Shown here in pieces: positions 27,537-37,511 of a stretch of 64,000 nt of DNA. Numbering within the stretch: the first letter of the stretch is position 1; each line of letters begins with the position of its first letter. The DNA comes from an uncultured Ruminococcus sp. GTDB taxonomy: Bacteria; Bacillota; Clostridia; Oscillospirales; Ruminococcaceae. The translations under genes were made by a program, and so were the position numbers. A model generated the notes under the pieces. The model saw only the letters and a program-made list of their open reading frames with translations, did no database searches and was not told the DNA's origin. The stretch is taken from NCBI GenBank assembly GCA_947627275.1, contig CANQVK010000014.1, positions 666 to 64,665 on the forward strand, in the 5' to 3' direction.

Positions 27537-28708
27537 AAAAGCCCCTCCCTTCGTATTATTTTTCCGTCTATCATAACGAGTATCGGTTCGGACATAAGAG
27601 CAAGGGGATCGTCGCCTTTTTTATAAAGCTGGATATCCGCATCTTTTCCTGCCGCAAGACTTCCTACAGAATCATCTATTCCGAGAATTTCGGCAGGAGC
27701 TATAGTAAGACATTTCAACGCAGTTTCCCTGTCGAGTCCGCCCTTGACAGCCGCCTGTGCCGACAGAGGAAGATACTGTATCGGTATGACCGTATGGTCT
27801 GTGCAGACAGCGGTCTTTACGCCGTTTTCCGACAGAACGGCGGCGTTTTTCAGTTCAAGACCTTTCATTTCCGGCTTGCAGCGGTCGCAGATGAGGGGAC
27901 CGCATATCACGGGGATTTTTTCATCGCTCAGAATATCGGCGATCTTGTATCCCTCCGTACCGTGAATAATGACCGCCTCAAGAGAAAACTCCTTGGAAAT
28001 GCGTATTGCGGTGCATATATCGTCCGCGCGGTGGCAATGGAAAAAAGCTTTCTGCTTGCGGTCGAGCAGCGGCATGAGAGCCTCGCATTTTATATCATAC
28101 TCGGGCGGCTCGTAGTTCTCGTTGTCGGAGTAGTAACTGTCCATATCGTGAGCGTAGCGGCGAGCCTTATACAGTCCCTCACGGATAACAGCCGCCGTAG
28201 CCATACGTGTTACAGGCGTTTCGCCCTTGTCGTTGTAGACTCTTTTGGGATTTTCTCCGAGAGCGAATTTAATGCCGCAGTTTTTTATCAGCATATCGTC
28301 AACGCGTCTGCCTGCGGTCTTTATTGCGCATATTTCGCCGCCGCAGGCATTTGCGCTTCCGGGGCATGAGGCAGCGGCGGTAATGCCCCTTGCACGAGCC
28401 TCCTCAAAGCAGCGGTCAAACGGATTTATGCCGTCTACGGCACGCATTTGCGGAGTGAAAGGGTCGGTGGATTCGTTGCAGTCGTCGCCCTCGAAATCAA
28501 TACCGTCCTCGATAATGCCTAAATGCGTATGTGCGTCGATAAAACCCGGGAGCAGAGTACCGCCCCCGGCATTTATACTGTCTGCGGGAATATCCGCAGG
28601 TTCTCCCTCTCCGACAGCCGAAATGCTGCCGCTGTTTGTTTCCAGCCAGCCGTTTTCAATAGTTCCGACGCTGTCCATGGTTAATATTTTTGCATTATAT
28701 ATAAGCAT
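27533..28708 (-). CDS. Metal-dependent amidohydrolase
   Basis: PGFIDAHTH, KFALGENPK, HCHRADD, HGTEG, GSLAAGKDAD motifs. Confidence 0.92.
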   Translation of the reverse strand: MLIYNAKILTMDSVGTIENGWLETNSGSISAVGEGEPADIPADSINAGGGTLLPGFIDAHTHLGIIEDGIDFEGDDCNESTDPFTPQMRAVDGINPFDRCFEEARARGITAAASCPGSANACGGEICAIKTAGRRVDDMLIKNCGIKFALGENPKRVYNDKGETPVTRMATAAVIREGLYKARRYAHDMDSYYSDNENYEPPEYDIKCEALMPLLDRKQKAFFHCHRADDICTAIRISKEFSLEAVIIHGTEGYKIADILSDEKIPVICGPLICDRCKPEMKGLELKNAAVLSENGVKTAVCTDHTVIPIQYLPLSAQAAVKGGLDRETALKCLTIAPAEILGIDDSVGSLAAGKDADIQLYKKGDDPLALMSEPILVMIDGKIIRREGLL

Positions 28709-28721
28709 AAAAATCTCCGTT

Positions 28722-29219
28722 TTAACTGAACTTTATGGCTTCCGTTATCAGTTCGACAGTTCTCATGGGACTGCCGCTGCTGTCGATATGGATAGTCGAA
28801 TGCTTTAAGTACACATCACGGCGTGAATTGAAGCGTTCTTCAAGCTCCTCCTTGGTAGACGACGCCGCAATGGGGCGGTTGCTGTCGCCGTTGATACGTT
28901 CATAGCAGGTCTCGAAGTCAACGTCGAGAAATATAACTTCTCCCGACTCTGCCGCAGCGACAGCTGATACGGGATCGAGCATAGCGCCGCCGCCGCATGC
29001 GACAACAGCCTTTTTTCCGCAGAGCGACTTTATAATATCGGCTTCGGTCTTACGGAAATACGGTTCGCCTTTTTGAGAGAATATCTCGGGTATAGACATG
29101 CCCTGCGATTCAACGATAAGGTCGTCCGAATCATAAAAGCTCATTCCGAATTTTTTAGCGGCAAGCTTGCCCACGGTAGTTTTTCCGCAGCCCATAAAGC
29201 CGCAAAGAAAAATGGTCAT
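28722..29219 (-). CDS. aroK: Shikimate kinase
   Basis: GFMGCGKTT P-loop, DSD, FRKTE, GGG, RP motifs. Confidence 0.95.
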   Translation of the reverse strand: MTIFLCGFMGCGKTTVGKLAAKKFGMSFYDSDDLIVESQGMSIPEIFSQKGEPYFRKTEADIIKSLCGKKAVVACGGGAMLDPVSAVAAAESGEVIFLDVDFETCYERINGDSNRPIAASSTKEELEERFNSRRDVYLKHSTIHIDSSGSPMRTVELITEAIKFS

Positions 29220-29256
29220 AGTAACCTCCTGTAATGTTTTAGTTTACGGTATCGCC

Positions 29257-30108
29257 TTAATTTGATGAAGCAGCCGAGTTCATGCGGTTTACCTCGTTTT
29301 CAACTTCTATAATAATATCCGAAATATCTTCGGGGTCGAATTTGCCGCCGTACCACAGCTCATGCGCTTTGACCGCCTGATACACGAGCATAGCCGCACC
29401 GCCGACAGCAGTACGTCCCAAGGCTCGCGCTTTTTTCATAAGAAGCGTTTCGGAGGGATTATATATTACATCGAAAAAGCTCAGGCAGTTGCCGATAACT
29501 TCGTCCGAAACAGCGCAGGCGTCCGTTTTCGGGAACATTCCTACGGGTGTGGCGTTTATCATAAGATCGAACTGTCCCTCGATCTCGGAAACGAGACAGA
29601 TCCTTACGGAGGCGTCCTCGCACTTTGAAAGGATCTCCGCCATAACAAGCTGTGCCGTTTTAATATCCTGAGGGATAACGGCGATAGTCAGCTCTGCTCC
29701 GTGAAGGGCGGCTTCAATGGCTATCATTCTGCCTACTCCGCCGCATCCGAGAAGCAGTACGTTTCCGCCCAGCGGAAGAAGCTCCGCCGAACGCAGAAAG
29801 CCGTCGCAGTCCGTGTTATAGCCCGTCATAATGCCGTTATCGTTTGAAATGCAGTTGACAGAGTTATATCTGAGGGCGCTTTCGCCGAGCTTGTCTGTCA
29901 TTGGAATAATGGCGGTTTTGTGCGGAATAGTGATATTGAAGCCTTTAAGCTCCCGAAGCATTTCCTTTTTAGAGGAAAGCTCCTCGGGGGCGATGTCGAT
30001 AAGCTCGTAGCTGTAATCGGCGATGCCGCTGAGAGCGAACAGCTTTTCATGTATAAGAGGCGACATGGAGTGACCCAGAGGGTGTCCGATAAGTCCGTAT
30101 TTATCCAT
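29257..30108 (-). CDS. aroE: Shikimate dehydrogenase
   Basis: YGLIGHPLGHSMSPLIH, NITIPHK, GYNTD, NATPVGM. Confidence 0.95.
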   Translation of the reverse strand: MDKYGLIGHPLGHSMSPLIHEKLFALSGIADYSYELIDIAPEELSSKKEMLRELKGFNITIPHKTAIIPMTDKLGESALRYNSVNCISNDNGIMTGYNTDCDGFLRSAELLPLGGNVLLLGCGGVGRMIAIEAALHGAELTIAVIPQDIKTAQLVMAEILSKCEDASVRICLVSEIEGQFDLMINATPVGMFPKTDACAVSDEVIGNCLSFFDVIYNPSETLLMKKARALGRTAVGGAAMLVYQAVKAHELWYGGKFDPEDISDIIIEVENEVNRMNSAASSN

Positions 30109-31015
30109 ATATATCAGCTCCTTCCAGACCGGCAAGGTTTTCGATATTAAGCGCTTTTACACCGGCGAGAGTTTTTTTGACAAGTCCCGTGAGAGTTTTT
30201 CCGGGGCCAAATTCCACAAAAGTATCCGCGCCGTCCGCCTGCATCTGAGCAAGCTCCGAGGTGAAACGGACGGGCGATACGATATGCTTTGCCAGAAGCG
30301 ACGGCATATCGCTGAAATCGGTCAGTTCGCCGCCTGTTACATTTGAATAGAATCCGACGTTCGGCGATTTGAATACGACAGCTTTTGCAGCCTCGTAGAA
30401 CTTGTCCGCCGCCGACTGCATAAGCTTTGAATGAAATGCTCCTGCGACTTTCAGAGGAACTACTCTTGCTTTAAGCTCCGTAAATTTCTCCGTAACCTCG
30501 GTGATGCCCTCGGGAGTTCCAGCGATCACGGTCTGCTGGGGCGAATTGTAGTTTACTGCGGCAGCGTAATTTTTTGCCTGCGAGCATATTTCTTCGACCT
30601 TCTCGGGGGCAATTTTCATGACCGCCGCCATAGCGCCTTTATGCTCCGATGCAGCCGCCTCCATAGCTTCGGAACGAGCCTTTATTAGCCTGAATCCGTC
30701 CTCGGGGGACACCATTCCCGATATAACGAGAGCGGCATATTCTCCCAATGAATGACCCGATACGGCGTCGAACTTATAGCCTTTTTCAATAGCCGCGGAA
30801 ATGCAGACAAGAGAGGTCAGCATGATTGCGGGCTGTGCGTTGATGGTTTTTGAGAGTTCATCGGCAGGCATATCGAAGCATACGGTTCTCATATCCCGTC
30901 CGAGGATCTCCGATGCCGTGTCGTAGAGCCTTGCCGTCGAGGGAAAGGCTTCGGCAATATCCCTGCCCATTCCCTGAGACTGTGCGCCTTGTCCGACAAA
31001 TAATGAAATTGTCAT
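30101..31015 (-). CDS. fabD: Malonyl-CoA:ACP transacylase
   Basis: GQGAQ, AQPAI, GHSLGEY, AFHS, EFGPG. Confidence 0.95.
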   Translation of the reverse strand: MTISLFVGQGAQSQGMGRDIAEAFPSTARLYDTASEILGRDMRTVCFDMPADELSKTINAQPAIMLTSLVCISAAIEKGYKFDAVSGHSLGEYAALVISGMVSPEDGFRLIKARSEAMEAAASEHKGAMAAVMKIAPEKVEEICSQAKNYAAAVNYNSPQQTVIAGTPEGITEVTEKFTELKARVVPLKVAGAFHSKLMQSAADKFYEAAKAVVFKSPNVGFYSNVTGGELTDFSDMPSLLAKHIVSPVRFTSELAQMQADGADTFVEFGPGKTLTGLVKKTLAGVKALNIENLAGLEGADIYG

Positions 31016-31071
31016 GTTGTATACTTTCCTTTCTGTATGTACTGATTTTTTTATCGCAAGCTTCATCAGTG

Positions 31072-31240
31072 AGTATATACTAAACGCTATAGCAAATCAC
31101 GCATATCTGACAGCATATTTTACACACAGCATCGTTGTCGTCCTTGCCATACGACAGTATGCCTGCGTCCTCCGCCTTGCTATGTGCAAAATCTGCTTGT
31201 CATTTATTGCGCGTTTTGCTATAGCGTTTAGAATAATACT
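31072..31240. mobile_element. MITE-like element, copy E
   Basis: TAAACGCTATAGCAAA / TTTGCTATAGCGTTTA terminal repeat; minus core CAAGGCGGAGGACGCAGGCATACTGTCGTATGGCAAGG. Confidence 0.72.
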
Positions 31241-31394
31241 AATTTTCAATCACCCTATAGACGATCTTGACAGCTATAATTTCGTCACTCTGCGTCATCT
31301 AAACTTGACAGGCGATAGCCTGCCTGCGTTTGGTTTCCTTGATTGACAAAATTCTGTCTGCCAATCTTGTCTACAGTTTTATTAAAAATTAGTA
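31237..31394. mobile_element. MITE-like element, copy F (abuts copy E)
   Basis: TACTAATTTTCAAT / ATTAAAAATTAGTA ends; minus core CAAGGAAACCAAACGCAGGCAGG..CCTGTCAAGTTTAGATGACGCAG. Confidence 0.62.
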
Positions 31395-31683
31395 TAAAAA
31401 CACAAACAATGTAACGATTTTACCGAATTATTTTAATGTTCTCTGTTAAAATTGACGAATTTTTCTTATCATCACATTAAATGACTAAAAAATTCTTGCA
31501 AAAAATCCGGAAATGATTTACAATATATAGTGTATACTGTTTTGAGATAAAACAGCTTACTTTAATACTATAACACATATTTTCAAATTTTACAACACTT
31601 TTTTCAAAAATTTCAATTTTAATACACTTATAATTAAAGTGCGGAGCCAATTTTCTCATTGGCTCTGATAAAGGAGTAACGGA

Positions 31684-32670
31684 ATGGGAATCAATATCTT
31701 GGCAATGGGAAGCTATCTTCCCGAACAAACGCTTACAAACGACGATTTCGTAAAATTTGTTGATACAAATGACGAATGGATACGTACCCGCACAGGTATC
31801 TGCGAAAGGCATATGGCAGGCTGGGAGCCTGCATGGCTTATGGGAAAAAACGCCGCTCTCAAGGCTATTGAAAGGGCAGGTATCGACCCGAAGGACATCG
31901 GACTGATAATCGTCAGCTCCGTTACTTCGGATTTCCTTACTCCCAGTATGGCAAGCATACTGCAATACGAGCTGGGGGCTGAGAATGCCGCCGCATTTGA
32001 CCTCAACGCAGCCTGCTCTGGATTTGTTTATACTCTCGATACGGCAAGGAGATTCCTTGAGACTGACAGCTCAATGAAATATGCGCTTGTGGTATCTGCG
32101 GAGGCTCTTTCACGTTTCACCGATTTTGAGGACAGAGGCACATGTATACTTTTCGGAGACGGCGCTGCCGCTGCTGTTATTGAAAGCAGCGATAAGCTGT
32201 ATTCCTCATTCCTTGCTTCGGACGGAAGCGGCGCAAGAAAGCTTTTTGCAAGGAATTGTCACGTAGCTCCCGAAGTTAAGGTGGAGTCCGATTTTGACGA
32301 CGGTTTCCCCGAAAAGCCTATACACAAGCTTTATCAGGACGGACGAGAGGTGTATAAATTCGCTGTCAAGGCTCTCCCTCATGCGTTTGATTCCGCTGCG
32401 GAAAAGATAGGCTTGACAAGTTCGGATATGGACTGGTTCATACCTCATCAGGCAAATATCAGGATAATTGAAACTGCCGCAAAGAATCTTCACATAAGTA
32501 CGGATAAATTTATCGTTACGGTCGATCACCACGGCAACACTTCAAGCGCCTCTATCCCTCTTGCCCTCTGCGAGGCTATCGAAAAGGGCGATGTGAAACG
32601 AGGTCAGAAGCTCGCTCTCATAGGCTTCGGGGCAGGTCTTACTTACGGAAGCGTTATAATAGAATACTGA
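31684..32670 (+). CDS. fabH: 3-oxoacyl-ACP synthase III
   Basis: WIRTRTGI, AACSGF catalytic Cys, FGDGAAA, PHQAN, HGNTSSAS. Confidence 0.97.
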   Translation: MGINILAMGSYLPEQTLTNDDFVKFVDTNDEWIRTRTGICERHMAGWEPAWLMGKNAALKAIERAGIDPKDIGLIIVSSVTSDFLTPSMASILQYELGAENAAAFDLNAACSGFVYTLDTARRFLETDSSMKYALVVSAEALSRFTDFEDRGTCILFGDGAAAAVIESSDKLYSSFLASDGSGARKLFARNCHVAPEVKVESDFDDGFPEKPIHKLYQDGREVYKFAVKALPHAFDSAAEKIGLTSSDMDWFIPHQANIRIIETAAKNLHISTDKFIVTVDHHGNTSSASIPLALCEAIEKGDVKRGQKLALIGFGAGLTYGSVIIEY

Positions 32671-32699
32671 TCTATCTTTAAAATTAAGGAGTTGTATAT

Positions 32700-33626
32700 A
32701 TGAAAACAAGAATCACAGAACTGCTCGGCTGCGAATATCCGATAATTCAGGGCGGTATGGCATGGGTCGCCGAGCATAACCTTGCCGCGGCAGTATCGAA
32801 TGCAGGCGGAATCGGTCTTATTGCAGGCGGCTCTGCTCCCATTGATTACCTCCGAGATCAGATACGTATGTGCAAGGAAAAAACAGATAAGCCATTCGGC
32901 GTAAATATCATGCTTATGAGTCCGAATGCGGACGACCTTGCCCAGCTGTGCATTGACGAAAAAGTTGCCGTTGTAACTACAGGCGCAGGAAATCCCGGAA
33001 AATTCATCCCTGCATGGAAAGAGGCAGGAATAAAGGTCATTCCCGTTATCCCCTCGGTTGCGCTTGCAAAGAGAATGGAACGTGCAGGCGCAGACGCCGT
33101 TGTTGCCGAGGGTACGGAGTCGGGCGGTCATATAGGCGAAAATACGACTATGTGCCTTGTTCCGCAGGTCGTTGACGCACTTGAAATCCCTGTAATTGCG
33201 GCAGGAGGTATTGCTGACGGCAGAGGTGTTGCGGCATCGTTCATGCTCGGAGCGGAGGGCGTACAGCTTGGCACACGTTTCCTTGCATCGGAGGAATGTC
33301 AGATACATCCCACGTTCAAGGAGCTTGTCGTCAAGGCTAAGGACACCGACAGCGTTGTAACGGGACGTTACACGGGTCATCCATGCAGAAATATCAAGAC
33401 AAAATTCTCAAAGAAACTCGCAAACGGTGAGAAAGACGGCTCTCTTACTCCCGAGGAGTTTGAGGAACTTACTCTCGGTTCGCTGAGAAAGGCTGTACAG
33501 GACGGAAATCTTGACGAGGGTTCGTTCCTTTGCGGAGCTATCGCAGGAATGATAAATGATGTCAAGCCCTGTAAGGAAATTGTTAAGGAAATTATGGAGC
33601 AGGCTGAAAAACTCCTCAACAGATAA
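32700..33626 (+). CDS. fabK: Enoyl-ACP reductase II
   Basis: PIIQGGMAWVA, EGTESGGHIG, AAGGIADGRG. Confidence 0.95.
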   Translation: MKTRITELLGCEYPIIQGGMAWVAEHNLAAAVSNAGGIGLIAGGSAPIDYLRDQIRMCKEKTDKPFGVNIMLMSPNADDLAQLCIDEKVAVVTTGAGNPGKFIPAWKEAGIKVIPVIPSVALAKRMERAGADAVVAEGTESGGHIGENTTMCLVPQVVDALEIPVIAAGGIADGRGVAASFMLGAEGVQLGTRFLASEECQIHPTFKELVVKAKDTDSVVTGRYTGHPCRNIKTKFSKKLANGEKDGSLTPEEFEELTLGSLRKAVQDGNLDEGSFLCGAIAGMINDVKPCKEIVKEIMEQAEKLLNR

Positions 33627-33639
33627 AAGGTCTGAAACA

Positions 33640-33924
33640 ATGGATAAATTAAGTTTTAAATACTGTCCTATATGCAGTAAAGAACTTGATACAGGAACAG
33701 CAAAATTTCCTGCACCGAACTCAATTCTTAATTGTATTGAAGCTGAGGGAAAATATTATTCTGATAAAACTGCTGAAGAATATGAGGGGCATCCTGTCAG
33801 GAAACTTTTTAAAAAACATGACCATTCGTTCACCATACAAACTCTTGGAGCAAATAATTTCGCAGGATATTGCAAGAATTGCAACAGAATCTTTGTGGAA
33901 TTTGAAGTTATAGATGAAATATGA
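33640..33924 (+). CDS. Small zinc-ribbon-like hypothetical protein (CPIC...CKNC), PF20097-like
   Basis: Two CxxC pairs at the termini; AT-rich; ATG 33640. Confidence 0.6.
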   Translation: MDKLSFKYCPICSKELDTGTAKFPAPNSILNCIEAEGKYYSDKTAEEYEGHPVRKLFKKHDHSFTIQTLGANNFAGYCKNCNRIFVEFEVIDEI

Positions 33925-33943
33925 AAAATCGGAGGATTAAAAT

Positions 33944-34684
33944 ATGGCTACAGCAATCATAACGGGAGCGTCTCAGGGAATCGGCGCATGTATAGCAAAG
34001 AGACTTGCAAAAGACGGCTTTGACGTTGTTATAAATCATTACCCCAGCGACGGCGATAAGGAAAAGGCTCTTGCCGTTGCGGGGGAATGCCGTGCATTCG
34101 GCGTAAAGGCTGAATGCTATGCGGCTGACGTTTCAAAATTCGACCAGTGCGAAGCGATGGTAAAGCAGGTCAAGGCGGACTTCGGCAGCATTGACGCTCT
34201 CGTAAACAACGCAGGGATCACGAAAGACGGTCTGCTTGCACGTATGAAGGAGGCGGACTATGACGCGGTTATCGCCGTAAATCAGAAGAGCGTTTATAAT
34301 ATGCTCAAGCATGTCTGCTCGGTCATGATGAAGCAGAGACACGGCAGAATCGTCAATGTTTCGTCCGTTGCGGGACTTTACGGAAATCCGGGTCAGGTGA
34401 ACTATTCAGCCTCAAAGGCGGCAATTATCGGCATGACAAAGACGGTGGCAAAGGAGTTCGGCTCACGCAATATCACATGCAACGCCGTAGCTCCCGGATT
34501 TATCCACACTCCCATGACGGACGTTCTTTCAGACGACCTTAAAGCGAAAATGCTTGGGGCTGTGGCTCTCGGCAGATACGGCGAACCCGAGGAGATAGCT
34601 TCGGTAGTATCGTTCCTCGTTTCCGAAGATTCGTCTTACGTTACGGGACAGGTCATTGAAATTTCAGGCGGCTTATCAATGTAG
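33944..34684 (+). CDS. fabG: 3-oxoacyl-ACP reductase
   Basis: TGASQGIG, NNAGIT, YSASK, NAVAPG. Confidence 0.96.
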   Translation: MATAIITGASQGIGACIAKRLAKDGFDVVINHYPSDGDKEKALAVAGECRAFGVKAECYAADVSKFDQCEAMVKQVKADFGSIDALVNNAGITKDGLLARMKEADYDAVIAVNQKSVYNMLKHVCSVMMKQRHGRIVNVSSVAGLYGNPGQVNYSASKAAIIGMTKTVAKEFGSRNITCNAVAPGFIHTPMTDVLSDDLKAKMLGAVALGRYGEPEEIASVVSFLVSEDSSYVTGQVIEISGGLSM

Positions 34685-34747
34685 GCAAATTTCATTTCGG
34701 CGTGGCGAGTATAGCTTTGAAAAACAGGAAGGGAAAATGTATAGAAT

Positions 34748-36004
34748 ATGAGTAGACGAGTTGTAATTACGGGCATGGGAGCTGTTACTCCCCTCGGTAC
34801 AGGAGTTGAGAAATTCTGGGACGGCATTAAGGCTAACAAGATCGGCTTTTCCTATATTGACGCTTTTGATACGGAGGCGACAGGCGTAAAGATCGCAGGC
34901 ATTGTACGGGACTTTGACGAAACTGCATACTACGGCGTAAAAGGCTGTTTTGATAAAAAGGACGCAAAGCGTATGGATAAATTCACGAAATACGCTGTTG
35001 TTGCCGCTCACGAGGCTATGGAGGACGCAGGAACGGACTTTTCCGATATTGACGCATACAGAGCAGGCGTACTTGTCGGTTCGGGTATCGGCGGTATCGA
35101 CCTTACTCTTTCGGAGTATTCAAAATACCTTGAAAAAGGTCCGGGACGTGTTTCGGCGTTTTATGTGCCTATGATGATAAGTAATATGGCGGCAGGAACT
35201 ATCGCCATGAAAACAGGCTTCCGCGGCGTTAATTTTGATATTTCCTCCGCATGCGCTACAGGAACTCACGCTATAGGCGAGGCGTTCCGCAAAATAAAGG
35301 ACGGTTATCTTGACGTATGTCTTGCAGGCGGTACGGAAAGCACGAACGTTGAATTTACGTTCGCAGGCTTTGCCAATATGAAGGCTCTTACAAAGAGCGA
35401 CGACCTTGAAAGAGCGTCTATACCGTTCGACAAGGAGCGCCACGGATTCGTTCTCGGCGAGGGAAGCGGCGTTCTCGTTCTTGAGGAATACGAGCATGCC
35501 AAGGCAAGAGGAGCTAAGATATACGCCGAGATAGCAGGCTACGGCGCTACGGACGACGGCTATCACATGACTTCCCCCATGCCTACGGGCGAAGCGGCAG
35601 GAATGGGCATGACTCTTGCAATGCAGGAGGCAGGTCTGAAGCCCTCCGATATAGATTATATCAACGCTCACGGCACGTCCACCGGTCTTAACGACAAGTA
35701 CGAAACGGCGGCTATAAAGCTTGCTTTCGGCGAAGACGCTTATAACGTTAAAATAAGCTCTACCAAATCCATGACAGGTCATCTTCTGGGGGCGGCAGGA
35801 GCTGTAGAGGCTATCGTATGCGCAAAGACCATTCAGGAGGGACTTATCCATGCAACGGTCGGTTATAAAGTCCCTGACGAGGAGTGCGACCTCGATTACT
35901 GCGTAAACGGCAATATCGAGCAGGAGGTCTGCGCCGCCTTGTCAAATTCACTTGGCTTCGGCGGACATAACGGCACGCTCTGCTTTAAGAAAGTCAATGA
36001 TTAA
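34748..36004 (+). CDS. fabF: 3-oxoacyl-ACP synthase II
   Basis: SACATG, NAHGTST, KSMTGHLLGAAG, NSLGFGGHN. Confidence 0.97.
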   Translation: MSRRVVITGMGAVTPLGTGVEKFWDGIKANKIGFSYIDAFDTEATGVKIAGIVRDFDETAYYGVKGCFDKKDAKRMDKFTKYAVVAAHEAMEDAGTDFSDIDAYRAGVLVGSGIGGIDLTLSEYSKYLEKGPGRVSAFYVPMMISNMAAGTIAMKTGFRGVNFDISSACATGTHAIGEAFRKIKDGYLDVCLAGGTESTNVEFTFAGFANMKALTKSDDLERASIPFDKERHGFVLGEGSGVLVLEEYEHAKARGAKIYAEIAGYGATDDGYHMTSPMPTGEAAGMGMTLAMQEAGLKPSDIDYINAHGTSTGLNDKYETAAIKLAFGEDAYNVKISSTKSMTGHLLGAAGAVEAIVCAKTIQEGLIHATVGYKVPDEECDLDYCVNGNIEQEVCAALSNSLGFGGHNGTLCFKKVND

Positions 36005-36016
36005 GGAGGTTATGAC

Positions 36017-36487
36017 ATGAGCGAGATTTTTGGAATGGTAGATATTGAGATCATTGAAAAGCTTGCGGATATTGCCGCTTCAAGGGAGCTTTCCGAAATA
36101 ACCATTGCTGACGGCGAAAAGACGATAACAGTCAAAGGCAAGAAATGTTTGCCTCCGCCTGCAATGACTGTGCCTGTGGGTATGCCTGCGGCTGTTTCCA
36201 CACCTGTTGCGCAGGCTGCTTCCGAGGCTGAAAAGCAGGAAGCCGTTCCCTCGGGAAATATTGTAAAATCGCCTATCGTAGGTACTTTCTATCAAGCTCC
36301 CTCGCCCGATAAACCGCCTTTTGTAAAGGTCGGCGATACGGTGAAAAAGGGCGACGTTATCATGATAATAGAGTCCATGAAGCTTATGAACGAGGTGCAG
36401 TCCGAGTTTGACGGCGTGGTTGACCGTATTCTTGTTACGGACGGTCAGGCAGTTGAATTTGACCAACCTATCATGGTTATAAAATAA
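36017..36487 (+). CDS. accB: Biotin carboxyl carrier protein
   Basis: SPIVGTFY, IESMKLMNE biotinylation site. Confidence 0.96.
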   Translation: MSEIFGMVDIEIIEKLADIAASRELSEITIADGEKTITVKGKKCLPPPAMTVPVGMPAAVSTPVAQAASEAEKQEAVPSGNIVKSPIVGTFYQAPSPDKPPFVKVGDTVKKGDVIMIIESMKLMNEVQSEFDGVVDRILVTDGQAVEFDQPIMVIK

Positions 36488-37023
36488 TGCCTGTTCCGTT
36501 TTATTTAAATGGATTTACAGCTGAATACAAAGAAAAAAGTGATTTTATCTCCGTTAATATTGCGGATTCTCAGAACGGCAGACTTTTTGAGATATGGTAT
36601 TACGGCGAGTTCCTTGAAATAAAAGAGCTGAAATATCCGCTTATTGTGGGTACGGAATTTTCCGTTTCAAAGTTTATAGCAAAGTCAGTGAAAACAGGAG
36701 AAGAAATTCTCCTGTTTGACCGTGCTTTTCACGGCTATGACGCAATGTTCTGCGAAAGCTTTACAAAAGAACAAATTGAAAACCGTCCGCTGAAAAAGCT
36801 TGATATACCGCCGTCAAAAATCAAAATAGAATTTTTTTATGGAATTGATTTTGACGATGAAAAGGACGATTATGATTTTGATGAAAACGGCAGATGTATA
36901 CTTCTTAACGGCAAAACTATGCCATGGGAAGAAGTAAAGGCAAATGGAATGGACAGTATTGCACTGTATTATAAATCAGAAAAAGGCAAATGGATAAACT
37001 TTGCCGAAGAAGAATTGGCATAA
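36487..37023 (+). CDS. Hypothetical protein inserted in the acc/fab operon
   Basis: 178-aa ORF translationally coupled to accB (TAATG); acidic/aromatic, AT-rich; no recognisable motif. Confidence 0.7.
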   Translation: MPVPFYLNGFTAEYKEKSDFISVNIADSQNGRLFEIWYYGEFLEIKELKYPLIVGTEFSVSKFIAKSVKTGEEILLFDRAFHGYDAMFCESFTKEQIENRPLKKLDIPPSKIKIEFFYGIDFDDEKDDYDFDENGRCILLNGKTMPWEEVKANGMDSIALYYKSEKGKWINFAEEELA

Positions 37024-37039
37024 AAGGATTGGAGAAAAC

Positions 37040-37486
37040 ATGTCGGAAGTTTTAATGAATAAAGAACAGATAATGGAAATAATACCCCATAGAGATCCTT
37101 TTCTTCTCATTGATGAGATAATCGAAATGGAAGTGGGCGTAAGGGTAAAGGCAAGAAAATATATAAAGGAGGACGATTTCTGGTTCAAGGGACATTTTCC
37201 GAATTATCCCGTGACGCCCGGAGTTCTCATGGTAGAGATGCTTGCGCAGGCAGGCGCGGTATGTATGCTGTCAAAGCCCGAATTTAAGGGCAAGATAGGT
37301 CTTTTCGGCGGTATCGACAAGGCTAAGTTCCGCAGACAGGTAGTCCCCGGTGACGTTCTCGACCTTGAGGTTGAGATCATACGTCAGCGAGGTCCTGTAG
37401 GAACGGGAAAGGCTCTTGCATCGGTAGACGGCGAAAAAGCGGTTTCCTGTGAAATAACCTTTGTTGTTGCGGACAGCAATTCCTAA
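37040..37486 (+). CDS. fabZ: 3-hydroxyacyl-ACP dehydratase
   Basis: IPHRDPFLLID, FKGHFP, PGVLMVEMLAQ. Confidence 0.96.
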   Translation: MSEVLMNKEQIMEIIPHRDPFLLIDEIIEMEVGVRVKARKYIKEDDFWFKGHFPNYPVTPGVLMVEMLAQAGAVCMLSKPEFKGKIGLFGGIDKAKFRRQVVPGDVLDLEVEIIRQRGPVGTGKALASVDGEKAVSCEITFVVADSNS

Positions 37487-37511
37487 GACCCACACAAAGG
37501 AGTTCAATTAA

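Noticed and set aside
27488-28369. 293-aa plus-strand ORF
   Set aside because: Antisense to the amidohydrolase.
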